DNA of 40,820 nucleotides, taken from NCBI RefSeq assembly GCF_001194135.2, contig NC_068981.1, positions 60,996,070 through 61,036,889 of the forward strand, given 5' to 3'. The translations under genes and the position numbers were made by a program. The notes under the pieces are model-generated. The model did not search any database, had not been told where the DNA came from, and worked only from the letters and a program-made list of their open reading frames with translations. Every line of letters begins with the position of its first letter. The stretch's first letter is position 1. Shown piece by piece: positions 10,977 to 22,199 of this stretch. This DNA comes from Octopus bimaculoides. Lineage: Eukaryota.

Positions 10977-12218
10977 TTAGGTTGTCAAGAAAGTTCTTGC
11001 GGTTTGTCACCTTTAAATTCAGATGCACATATCTCGGCTCAAACAAAACTTTATTAATCGGAATAAGCACCATCAGAATCAACACACATTTGCCAACTCG
11101 AAACAAGTTCATTTATGGCAGTAGCGTAAAAGTCCTGCGTTCTGGTGGCGATGAAGTCGTTGAAGGCTTGTCTAGCATCGTCTTGGGTTTTGAAGCATTT
11201 CCCCAGACAGAAAGTTGCCGAGATGCTTGAAAAAGTGGTGGTCGGTAGCTGAGAGATCTGATGAATATGGCGGATGAGGCAGAGTTTAGTAGCCCAAATC
11301 GTTCAACTTCTGCAGGGCCAGTTGTGCGACGTGCAGCCGAGCGTTGTCGTGGAGAAGAAATGGTCCTTTTCTATTGACCCATGCTGGCTATTGTTGTCGG
11401 AGTTTCATATGTATTTCATCAACTTCCTAGCAGTACTTCTCCGCCGTAATGGTTTCATCTGGATCCAAAAAGATGTGATGGATGAGACCGACTGCAGACC
11501 ACCAAACAGTCACCATGAGCTTCTTTCGGTGCAACTTTGTCTTCGGGAGCTGAGCTGAGCGTCACCGGTTTTCGTAAAGAATCCACTTTTCCTCACAAGT
11601 CACAATCCGGTCGAGAAACGGGTCGTTCTTGCATAAAAGAAGGGACGACTACACTTCAAAACGGCGTTTTTTTCTGTCTGTCGTTCAATTCGTGTGGCAC
11701 CCATTTCTCAAATATTTTTGCTTTTCCAATCTCTTCTAAGTGGTTGGAAATTGGCGTATACGTTACGTCCAACTCAGAAGCAAGATCTCGAACAGTTGTG
11801 CGTGGATAGGCATCGACTAAAGCTCTTAGTTGATCGTTGACAACATCCGATGGACGACTACTACGCTTATCATCTTCAAGGCTCTCGTCACCGCTAAGAA
11901 ATTTCTTGAACCACCATTGTCCTGCACGTTCATTAGTAGTTCCTGGGCCAAATGCCTCGTTGATATCACGAGCTATTTCAACAGCTTTTCGGCCTAGCTT
12001 GAACAGGAATAAGAAAGTTGTGCGAATGTCCTTTTTGTCTTTTGTATTGAACGTTCCGGAAAAAAATGGCCTAACTATTCAAAAAAGAAAAGAGTAACAC
12101 GATTAGATAGAGCGAAACATGATATATAAAGACAAAGTAATTTAACGACAATTAATTTGAAAATACATCATTTCAAACCAAAATTTAAAATTCCGCAAGA
12201 ACTTTCTTGACAATCTAA
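10977..12218 (-). mobile_element. Full-length mariner DNA transposon, Hsmar1/cecropia-like, defective
   Basis: 26-bp TIRs ttaggttgtcaagaaagttcttgcgg (10977-11002) and ccgcaagaactttcttgacaatctaa (12193-12218), one mismatch; TA on both sides (10975-76, 12219-20); length 1242 bp. Confidence 0.97.
11054..12040 (-). pseudogene. Mariner transposase pseudogene
   Basis: KLGRKAVEIARDINEAFGPG..QWWFKKF..WVPHEL..DRIVTCEEKWILY..LMVTVWWS..LLHDNARLH..HPPYSSDLSATDHHFFKHL..WQMCVDSDGAYSD*; several in-frame stops, one in-frame deletion, one frameshift; first catalytic D reads E. Confidence 0.95.
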
Positions 12219-12784
12219 TAGTAAGCCACCAATTTCACTCCGACTGCTTTGTTCCCCTAATAGCTGAAACTATATCTCCCATTTCCATTTCTTTCTTCCC
12301 CATCCCCTTCTCTCCTAGCAAATCCACCTTACTTCCACCCCTAAATATTTGACCTTTTCTGTTCGTTTTCTTCCCATACTTGAAAATCATTTTCTTTCGA
12401 TTCTGTATAAATGTATACGGCTGACTGCGACAGTATATATATTTACCTTTGACAGTAAAATTAGCCCAACTAAATATCCACAACGAACTGTCTCCCGCCC
12501 CCAGTCAGCATCAGTCTAACACAGATCTTCCTTCTTTCCCTCTTTTCTTTATTCTTAACAACCTTAGACAATTTTATTTCTGCCCAACGGCTTAAACATA
12601 CGGTCACCAACATTATGTGGTGTATTCGAACCGAATTTATTTAACAAGACACCCCTTATAACATTACCTGACGAGACGAGTCTGCATTGCGGGATGAACC
12701 ACAACCAGCTGTACAGTATTCCGCTCGCGAGGGATGTTTGCAAGATGGCTGGAAACGATCGCTGTGTCCGTCTCTATCATTTGT

Positions 12785-12785
<1 letters not shown>

Positions 12786-12842
<57 letters not shown>

Positions 12843-12902
12843 TGTTCGTGTATGTATTTGTGCGTGCGTTCGTGTGTGTATGTGTGTGTGTTTGTGTATA
12901 TG
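12786..12902. repeat. (TA)n plus (GT)n compound microsatellite
   Basis: Direct inspection. Confidence 0.97.
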
Positions 12903-13129
12903 TTCTTGTAAGTTGAAGCATATATTTTTCTGGTCGGTCAATCAGCAATAAAAAACAGCAATATATTTTATAGTAGGCAGTTATCAGTGTTGTAGATAAA
13001 AATACAAATGACAAGAAAGATATTTAAACAAAATGTGAAGCTGAATGGAAGTTCAGATTGTCTACAGAGTCATACACCAAAGACTTCAACAATTTACAGT
13101 AGATTGATGCATGTCACTCTGTAGACACT

Positions 13130-13169
13130 CTGACGAACGTCGAAGGGAAATAGCCTTGAAACTCGAGTC
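13130..13169 (+). ncRNA. Hammerhead ribozyme-like core (degenerate)
   Basis: CUGACGA (13130-36), AAGG/CCUU stem, GAAA (13158-61), palindromic ACUCGAGU (13161-68) ending in GUC (13167-69); stem I not formed in this copy and 6 extra nt precede stem II. Confidence 0.45.
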
Positions 13170-13469
13170 GCCTTTATATATTTATATTTATATATTTGAT
13201 CCTTTATATTGAACACTCAATATTTCATTTACATTCAATACTTTCTTTCATGGTGCCATCCATTTTTATTTTATTTTATTTTATATTATATATTGTATAT
13301 TATATTATATATTGTATATTCCATATTCTATACCCCACATTGGTTCTGCAGGAATATAAATAAAACATAAAAAAACAGACAGTGTTGGAACTCTTTTAAA
13401 CAAAATAATATATTCCTCTATACACAATCATACAAAAAACCCACCTTTTTTGTATTTATTTTTACTCGC

Positions 13470-13500
<31 letters not shown>

Positions 13501-14032
13501 CGCAGGTACACACCCACACACACATATGTCTCTGTGTGTACACGCGCGCGTGCTAATCGTCATTTTGCAGAGAGTTTTAGTTTTTGGTTTTTATATGTTT
13601 AGAAAGTCATTACGATATAAGAATTGTGCAAACTGCATTAGGAAGCATATATTTAACAATAATAGTTAGAGTCGTGACATAATATAAGAAGCAATGAAGG
13701 CACTACTCATAGTGTGTTACAGATTAGCAAAATGACCAAAATAAAAACACTAATTCGTGAAGTAATATGTAAGATACCGCTGCACTAGATTTTAAATTAT
13801 TTTAAGGGTTTTTTTAAAACGGGTACGACATATTTACTGAGAGGAGGAATGTCGTTGCGAGAAAAATTGCCTTCATATAAATAGTTTATTTTCTACAAAA
13901 CTTTATTCAATTTTATAAATGAAAAATGTGTTGCGTTTAGTTTATTGGTTGTATGAATATACATGCGTCTGTTTGCCCCAGGTATCGAGAAAACACTTGG
14001 AAAGAAATGGAAATACAACTGAAAGAAAAAAA

Positions 14033-14085
14033 GCAACAACAGCAACAACAAAAACAACAACAACTACAACAACTGTACCAACAAT
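14033..14085. repeat. Imperfect (CAA)n microsatellite
   Basis: Direct inspection. Confidence 0.9.
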
Positions 14086-14129
14086 AATTTGTAACAAAAC
14101 TTTCTGTAATTCCATGAGATAATTTGATA

Positions 14130-14460
14130 TGTAGGCGAAGCAACCGTGGCGGCATTCCAATTTCATTTAAAAGTGTATAATGGAAAACCTTTAGAAATTG
14201 CATAGAGGTCCTAGGAAGCTAGTATGGCGCACAATAATTTAAAGGTTATATCAGCACCCACTATTTAGATAAGAAAGAAGCAGGATGAGGTTTATTAAAT
14301 GTAGTATATACCCAGAATGATGTAACATTGGGTTTGAAAATTTTTTTGTTGTGATGAAGGCCTGTTATCCATGTCTTGAAAGATCAATGCGGTCGATGAA
14401 AAGGTGAATATCTCAACAGCAGAAAGAAGACATAGGCACAAAGGAAAATAAAACAAAAAA
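14130..14460 (+). mobile_element. Decayed RLE-type LINE fragment
   Basis: YLDKKEAG*GLLNV (14262-14303) resembles the RLY.PRK.GGRGL motif after the RT of R4/Dong-like elements. Confidence 0.45.
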
Positions 14461-14635
14461 CTATATGGGCAATTTATGCAACATTTCGATTATGTTGGAA
14501 GTGTTTAATTTGTTCAACGAAATACTCTGCAAGGTCTATCTTTGTATTATATCAGTGAGTGAACTCGATGAATATGTACATGAATAATACACACATACAT
14601 GCATAAACACGCATATATATATATATATATATATA

Positions 14636-15172
14636 NNNNNNNNNNNNNNNNNNNNNNNNNNNNNNNNNNNNNNNNNNNNNNNNNNNNNNNNNNNNNNNNN
14701 NNNNNNNNNNNNNNNNNNNNNNNNNNNNNNNNNNNNNNNNNNNNNNNNNNNNNNNNNNNNNNNNNNNNNNNNNNNNNNNNNNNNNNNNNNNNNNNNNNNN
14801 NNNNNNNNNNNNNNNNNNNNNNNNNNNNNNNNNNNNNNNNNNNNNNNNNNNNNNNNNNNNNNNNNNNNNNNNNNNNNNNNNNNNNNNNNNNNNNNNNNNN
14901 NNNNNNNNNNNNNNNNNNNNNNNNNNNNNNNNNNNNNNNNNNNNNNNNNNNNNNNNNNNNNNNNNNNNNNNNNNNNNNNNNNNNNNNNNNNNNNNNNNNN
15001 NNNNNNNNNNNNNNNNNNNNNNNNNNNNNNNNNNNNNNNNNNNNNNNNNNNNNNNNNNNNNNNNNNNNNNNNNNNNNNNNNNNNNNNNNNNNNNNNNNNN
15101 NNNNNNNNNNNNNNNNNNNNNNNNNNNNNNNNNNNNNNNNNNNNNNNNNNNNNNNNNNNNNNNNNNNNNNNN
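14636..15172. other. Assembly gap (N)
   Basis: Run of n; flanked on the left by (TA)n. Confidence 1.
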
Positions 15173-15462
15173 TAATGTCAGTTGCGCACCATCTGTGAGA
15201 TAAACAACACCATAACGTATTTCACTCTACCAAAATTTGGAAACGATACGCTGTACTACTTGCCATTCGTGCAGGAAGCTCCAATATGAAGAGATGGGGA
15301 ACACACAGAACAATCTTTGGCTTACTGTGTTCCCAAAGCATGTACCGAGAATGATAAAAATCACACATCCAGTCAACATCATGGCGTTTTGAATGATCAC
15401 GAGTGATAATGACGTTATGTCTCCATTTATCTTTTCATACGTCCTCAGACTCAACACAAACA
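15173..15462 (+). mobile_element. Internally deleted DD37D (maT-type) transposon fragment
   Basis: aaatttggaaacgatacgctgtactacttgcc matches the 5' region of the copy at 28005; PVNIMAF*MITSDNDVMSPFIF..LRLNT matches the same family. Confidence 0.8.
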
Positions 15463-15464
15463 TC

Positions 15465-15910
15465 TGTCTATATCTTAGCTGCTTTCTCGTATACGAGTAA
15501 AGCCATTGCTAGAAAGAAATACTAATAAGTCAATGTTGATGCAATGTGATACCCATGTACGATTCTGGAGGCCGGCGAAAGTTTTGGACATTGTATTACA
15601 TAATGCACAGTTGTGCTGTCTGGCAAAATAAACAAGGACCACAGCATGAACTCGTTTGACATGCCATTTCATTCCTCCTACTGAGCTGCACACATTTCCA
15701 TATGTTGCACCTGTTCTGTTGTGAAAAATATCCCTATCTCAAATTACCATGGATCGATTCCTGTGAGTTCTCTGATGGCTGACCAGGCCTGCACAACACA
15801 AATACTTCTCACAAACCACAAATACAAAAAGCAATACTTGCTCATTTTCCACAGGTTCATTCCATCTAAGCCTTCTAGTCTTCTCTTGATTCATTCTCTC
15901 CCCCGCATAC
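15465..15910 (-). mobile_element. RTE-type LINE 3' end with three degenerate C2H2 zinc fingers
   Basis: VCEKYLCCAGLVSHQRTH; (CNI)..GNVCSSVGGMKWHVKRVH; CALCNTMSKTFAGLQNRTWVSH (latter two partly in ORF 15475-15693); same three-finger layout as 25070-25342. Confidence 0.65.
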
Positions 15911-15920
15911 ATTCATACAC

Positions 15921-15972
15921 ACATACATACATACATACATACATACATACATACATACATACTTACATACAT
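15921..15972. repeat. (ATAC)n microsatellite
   Basis: Direct inspection. Confidence 0.97.
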
Positions 15973-16103
15973 ACACACACACAGAAACGTACGTACATAC
16001 GTATATACACACATATATACGCCATAAAGCTAAACACTTTATGGACGGGAAACCTAAGTTAATCGCATAAACCGGCTTTCCGTATTTTTAATATATACTG
16101 GTC

Positions 16104-16147
<44 letters not shown>

Positions 16148-16149
<2 letters not shown>

Positions 16150-16435
16150 TGGTCCGTTCAATGAGTATCCGAACTGTTGCCATTGTAACAAGGCTAAAGC
16201 ACACACCGTAAAGCCGCTTACCATGGAATGACATTGAATCCTGATGTGCATACAAACTAAGTTTTACCGTTCTAGCTCACTTCCGCTGTTTACAACACTG
16301 CTTGGAAGAAAGCTGTGTAGCGTGTGATCGTCGCATTGACAATGGCAAACGAAGTTGAGCGGAGAATATGCACGAAATTTTGTGAAAATCTTGGTTTAGC
16401 TGCTCAGAGGCTTGCGCAAAGTTTTCAAAAAGGAT
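16148..16435 (+). mobile_element. Mariner 5' end (TIR, 5' UTR, start of transposase)
   Basis: TIR-like cgtggtccgttcaatgagtatccgaact; MANEVERRICTKFCENLG..; follows (TA)n 16106-16146. Confidence 0.8.
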
Positions 16436-17038
16436 TTGTCGTTATCGATACTATCAGGGAGATCCTGTGCAACTGAAATCCGAGTGTTTTCTGGGTCAGC
16501 TGAAAGCAGTTTTGGTACAAAATTGGCAGACGCGTGTATCATAACTAAATCTTAATTGATAACAAACTGAACTGAACCGTGACTAATCTGCACATCCTCT
16601 GATAACTCATGGTTGATGATTCGACTATTTCCCCTCATGAACCCACATATGCGATGTTTTTCTCAGTTCTGGTGGTTGAAGGTATCCCAGAACGTTCGTC
16701 AAAATCGACATTTTTTCGGTCATCTTGGAAACGTTTGAACTACTCGTACACTTGTGTGCGGTTCATACACTCCTTTCTATACACTTTCTGCAACATTGCG
16801 TAGGCCTCTGACCAGGTATCGCTATGGCAACTTTGTCTGTCATGGTGAATGCGATGATCATACGCTACACACCTTCTTTCACAGCACTGTTGTAAACATC
16901 GGGAGTGAGCTAGAACGTTTTAAACTTTATGCACATGCACACCAGAGGTCATGGTCAATCAGTGCCAAGCAACCTCACTCTGAGTGTTTCAGCTTCATTA
17001 CTATGGCAATAGTCCAGATACTTATTGATCAGACCTCG
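16436..17038 (-). mobile_element. Mariner 5' half (same family as 16148), 3' truncated
   Basis: TA (17039-40) then TIR cgaggtctgatcaataagtatctggact; LQKVYRKECMNRTQVYE*FKRFQDDRKNV..DERSGIPST..ANFVPKLLSAD; stops before the catalytic domain. Confidence 0.88.
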
Positions 17039-17433
17039 TACAGATATATTATATGTATACTGAAAGAAATATCTTCTCATACTGTTATTTAAGAAGTAGA
17101 ATAAAAGGATTGAGTTTTCCGGCACACATATCTTTTTTTTTATTATTTATATTGAAATAGAGAAAATGTTTCTTCAAACATTATGACTATCGAGAATATA
17201 TCTTAAATTTATATAGAAATTAAGTATAAACTTCTGTAAATATGTATGTATGTATGAATGTATGTGTATATATATATTTCTACATATACTTATGTGTATG
17301 TGTCTGTGTTTACCTGTGTATCAATGGATTTAGAAATTCTGAAATTTAATATAGACTGTATCCGTAGAATTGTCGTTCTCCATTGTATGATTCCACGCAT
17401 TTGTAGGAAACAGCTGTAAATACAGTATATATT

Positions 17434-17478
<45 letters not shown>

Positions 17479-17849
17479 CTGTGTGTGTCTGTGTGTGTGT
17501 GTATGTGTGTACATAAACATTCATGTATATTATGATGTAACTTCCATTTATCATTTGACAAGTTTCAGATTAATGCTAAGGCCATGCTGATACATACAAA
17601 TTGTTTATATTCAGAATTCAAAGCATCATTTGCATCAATATCATTTATCATCTGATTGTAAATGAAACACATATAAACTATGTATGTGTGAGTATGTATG
17701 TGTGTAAGTCTCTATCAGTTACATGTGTAGAGCTCATGTGACTATGTGTATAAGTGTACACTTGCAAGCAAGAATTGTATACCTTTCCCAGCATATGTTT
17801 ACATTGAAGGAGACATTCACATAGACAAACATATGAATATATAAATATA

Positions 17850-18110
17850 CTAACTGAATTACCCGGTAATACCCGGATTAGTAGGGGTCATTTCCAGTTC
17901 CCAATCCCATTTCACTGTTTCATGTCGTATCCCGTTTCCTGTTCATTTCGCGTTTTATTTCCGCTCCTATTCCTATCCTCAGTCCTATGTCAATATATAA
18001 TTTCTAGAATGATTTAAGTGTAATTAAGCCATTAAATACTTTATTAACCTTTATGGTAATAGTTTATTTCTAAAAATAGGTATGACAAACTATTAATACG
18101 ATTAGTGGGT
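17850..18110 (-). mobile_element. Non-autonomous Helitron-like element, 3' end
   Basis: Minus strand atccgggtattaccgggt hairpin (17878-17861), short spacer, TTAG (CTAG-like, 17853-17850) followed by T; inner extent uncertain. Confidence 0.55.
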
Positions 18111-18483
18111 GAATAAGGAATGTCCTTATAATATTTTAACAAATGAATATGCATCTAATTAAAATAAATTAGATAGATAGTTTTACAAATACAGTAACGG
18201 ATAGTCTGAGTATTGTTTCTGGTGTTGTCGCGTGTCGTAGATCATCGTAGCTGGTTTGTAAACATGTGCTATAACCCGCTCCCTAGGGGGAGATTTATTG
18301 AAATCCAATTCCACTATAATTCAAAAGGATGTTAGGAACAGATGGATACCAATATCGGATTTAACATGGAAAATTATTTCAATATACCAAATTTGAAAAT
18401 TTTGTCGTAATCGTAAAGAATAGTGACAGCAGCAGGGAAGACCCTACAAAAGTTGGGAGACAGTTAATAGTTATAGGACGTGA

Positions 18484-18778
18484 CACACACACACAAACAC
18501 ACACACACATACACATACACACACACGCATACACACACACACACACGCACACACACACACTCATAAATTTATAAACGTACACACATGTAATCACGAGTTC
18601 AGAATGGTGTATAGTAGACATATGATATGTATGTGTTTAAGTAGGTATGTTTGTATGTATATATGTGTGTATGTATATTTATGTGTTTGTGTGTATGTTT
18701 GTGTGAGTGTTTCTTCGTGATGGACAGCATACAAGCTACCTACTTCTCTCCTTAGACCTACGCATTTCTCACACCCAC

Positions 18779-18816
<38 letters not shown>

Positions 18817-18830
18817 ATGTGTGTGCGTGT
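18484..18830. repeat. Compound (CA)n / (TATG)n / (GT)n microsatellite region
   Basis: Direct inspection. Confidence 0.9.
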
Positions 18831-19376
18831 TCGTGTCTTTGTTTGTGTGTCTCTGTTGTATCTATGTATTTACGAATATATATATGCAACGTCACGTATA
18901 TTCGACACTTTTATTACATTCATCCCACTCCACAAATTGTACTTATTTTATCGATCACAAAAGGAAGAAAAACAAAATCAACATCGTTGCAATTTGAACG
19001 CAGAGAGCAGAAATAAAATTAGACTGTTGACAATAACATCCTACCATAGAATAAAACCAACATCTATGTTGCAATGTCATTTTCTTCCCGCGAGTATATT
19101 ACTTATTTGTTGTAATGTACGGTGATGTCTGATGTCTATGATATATATAAATTCAATCTGCTGTACAGTAATAGCAACGAAATGAAGGAATCTGAAGGCA
19201 AGTGAAGTTTGATATCCACTTACCTATTTCTCAGTTTCTATAACACTTTTTCTATATATCTATTTCTATATCTATCTTACCCCCTCTGATTACCTGCTTA
19301 CCGATCATCCTACCTTTCTACTTATCTATATATCATTATACCTATCTATAGACACACACACACACACACACGCACA

Positions 19377-19425
<49 letters not shown>

Positions 19426-19619
19426 GTATGTTTATATTTATATATACATATCTATATATGTCTTTCTGCCTATCTGTCTCTTGTAATTCTCTATATCTAT
19501 GTATGTATAATATATACAAAGACAGACACACCTGTATATGTATCATACCCCTCAATACTTCAATATAAACCCCAGTAAAATTTACATTCCCATGCCTGTC
19601 TACATGCCTTTACTCTTAA

Positions 19620-19710
19620 CCTTTACATGTCTCACTCATTAGATGGCGGCTCTGCTGGGCCACAACCTTGAAAGGTTTAGTCGTACAAAATGGCCCCACT
19701 TCTTCGTGTG
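19620..19710 (+). mobile_element. Probable SINE fragment
   Basis: gcggctctgctgggccacaaccttgaaaggtttagtcg resembles the body of an abundant octopus SINE (from recall, not searched). Confidence 0.35.
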
Positions 19711-20002
19711 TTAAAGCTAAAATTAGTACCACCGTAAGAAATATCTCAGCAATTATTGAAGGCAATGGTATAGAAAAATTGGAACTCGTCTCCAGTTTGG
19801 ATTTAATCCATTTTAATTCGAAATGAAAATGGACACCAATTTATGGGATTGGCTTTAATATTTGTTGAGATCTTTCCTAACTTGAAACCAATGGTAGCTG
19901 TAACAAACAAATAAGTAATCTTTATTCAGCAATGTATATATATTTACATATATATATACATACACACATATATATGTGTGTGTTTGTGTGTGTATGCGTG
20001 TG

Positions 20003-20003
<1 letters not shown>

Positions 20004-20059
<56 letters not shown>
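20004..20059. repeat. (TA)n microsatellite
   Basis: Direct inspection. Confidence 0.98.
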
Positions 20060-20063
<4 letters not shown>

Positions 20064-20073
20064 ATCGTCACGT

Positions 20074-20658
20074 AAGTGGCTAAGGGTGCAAGTCAGCACC
20101 GCCATTGCTAGAAATAAGAGTCAAGACAACTCTTAGCCACTTGCAAAGCATTTACCTATTGACTGCCAAGGAAGGAAGACAACCTCCCTACAGAGACCAA
20201 TAGTATCAGACCATCGATGATTTCTAGCAATGCTGGTGCTGACTTATAATATTAATCACTCAAATGACAATTGTACTTGTGCCTTTTGGTTTATAAATTG
20301 CTACAAGTCACCTTAAGAATTTATGATTTTCACCTTACCATTTTACCAAATTCTAATGATTGGTATGTTATTTTCTATAAACTGATAAGGCGACATCAAT
20401 TTTTATCCTAGGGAACAGAGTATGTGTCAATGATGAAGATTAATTCGATCCGAAATCACTAATCTGACACTCTCGCTTGCAGTATGGAAGTTATCTCCCT
20501 TGTTAGTTAATAGATAAGTCAATTTTCCCGTGGCTAAGCGTGGTTTTAACTCTTATTTCTAGAAATGCTGGTGCTGACTAGCATCCTTAGTCGCTTTAAT
20601 GACGATCATACTTGTGTCTTTTGGCTTCGAACTTGTAACCAGCCACCTTAATAATTTA
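20074..20658. repeat. Three local copies of a short hairpin-bounded repeat (one minus, two plus)
   Basis: Copy 1 (20074-20142) bounded by perfect 11-bp IR aagtggctaag/cttagccactt; its reverse complement aligns with 20530-20595; 20220-20323 and 20555-20658 share tttctag.aatgctggtgctgact..tacttgtg.cttttgg..caccttaa.aattta. Confidence 0.85.
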
Positions 20659-20675
20659 CACACACACATGTTTGT

Positions 20676-20710
<35 letters not shown>

Positions 20711-21105
20711 NNNNNNNNNNNNNNNNNNNNNNNNNNNNNNNNNNNNNNNNNNNNNNNNNNNNNNNNNNNNNNNNNNNNNNNNNNNNNNNNNNNNNNNNNN
20801 NNNNNNNNNNNNNNNNNNNNNNNNNNNNNNNNNNNNNNNNNNNNNNNNNNNNNNNNNNNNNNNNNNNNNNNNNNNNNNNNNNNNNNNNNNNNNNNNNNNN
20901 NNNNNNNNNNNNNNNNNNNNNNNNNNNNNNNNNNNNNNNNNNNNNNNNNNNNNNNNNNNNNNNNNNNNNNNNNNNNNNNNNNNNNNNNNNNNNNNNNNNN
21001 NNNNNNNNNNNNNNNNNNNNNNNNNNNNNNNNNNNNNNNNNNNNNNNNNNNNNNNNNNNNNNNNNNNNNNNNNNNNNNNNNNNNNNNNNNNNNNNNNNNN
21101 NNNNN
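20711..21105. other. Assembly gap (N)
   Basis: Run of n; flanked on the left by (TA)n. Confidence 1.
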
Positions 21106-22199
21106 TCAAGTGGCTTCTTTTAGTTTCCTTCTAGCAAATCTCCTCACAATGCTTTTGTTCTCTGCACGCGTGCCACGCAGTGCAAGTGAACCAGAAACTA
21201 TGTAGCTGAAAAGCTAACTTGTTAATACACAGTCACGCCTGCGCATAGAATCATTTTCAAATACTCGTGTTTAAGAGACATAGCATATATAATGGCCAAC
21301 TTTAGCGTATACTCAGATATTAAATAAATATGTCTCTGAGATGTTATATTACTCGACGTGATTAACATGGAAATGTGTATGAATATCATATTATAGAACC
21401 GCATTGCCGTCCTCAGTTACTTTCAGGCAGTTAAATAGTGATGCTGTTGATTGCTATGTATATCTACGTAAACATTTATGTGTCTTTAATAAGGATATAA
21501 TGATTTAAATATACCCTCACAACTCACACTTAGAAACACACATTAAATATCAGCATAAGAATATTTTAAACACAACTTCTGCTGATATATGCGATTATTT
21601 GAAATATACAGGTTTCATTTCTCTCAAAATAGATTAACGAGTGTTTGAATAGATATAGGAATAAATTACAGCTAATTTTGTATTAACACTTTTCTATAAT
21701 TTTTACGTATTTATATACATATTTATATACATATATACGTATTTATATACATATTTATATTTATATAAACTTATTTATATAAGGAATACATTATCTCAAG
21801 ACAAACTTCCCACTAAAACGAATAAAGTGCGGATTAAATTATGGAAGCACATATATGCTTATGCAGATCATTGTCTCCTTGAACTAAATTCTCTTCCGTA
21901 CCGCAAAAGAATAGGCGTGAGTTGAATATTTAAGTTCATTATGTGAAGGGTGATAGGATATCAGCAACAATATCAGGTACAGCTGGGTCAACTCCAAAAA
22001 TTTGATCTTAAGCGGAACGTTTCTTTTGTACACATCGAAGTGCCCGAGGTCTTTTGTGCAGAATCGATGAAAAAACACTTAGCGTAATCCATTTCACAAG
22101 ATTTAAAAACACGTGGAATTTCTGTTGGACCGTGTTGGTATATTCAAATCGACTGTTAACAATATATTTTAGGTCCGTAATTTTTGAAAGGTTTCAAAT

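Noticed and set aside
12668-12690. CUGACGA motif as a hammerhead core
   Set aside because: No GAAA after a closing stem II and no stems I/III.
12687-13014. CV/VC/HT-repeat ORFs here and at 18379-19555, 31522-31923, 34024-34583, 35879-36112
   Set aside because: Translations of (GT)n/(CA)n/(ATAC)n microsatellites; no coding signal.
14599-15198. Long X-containing ORFs here and at 20599-21205, 26388-26823, 27335-27994
   Set aside because: Length comes from N gaps.
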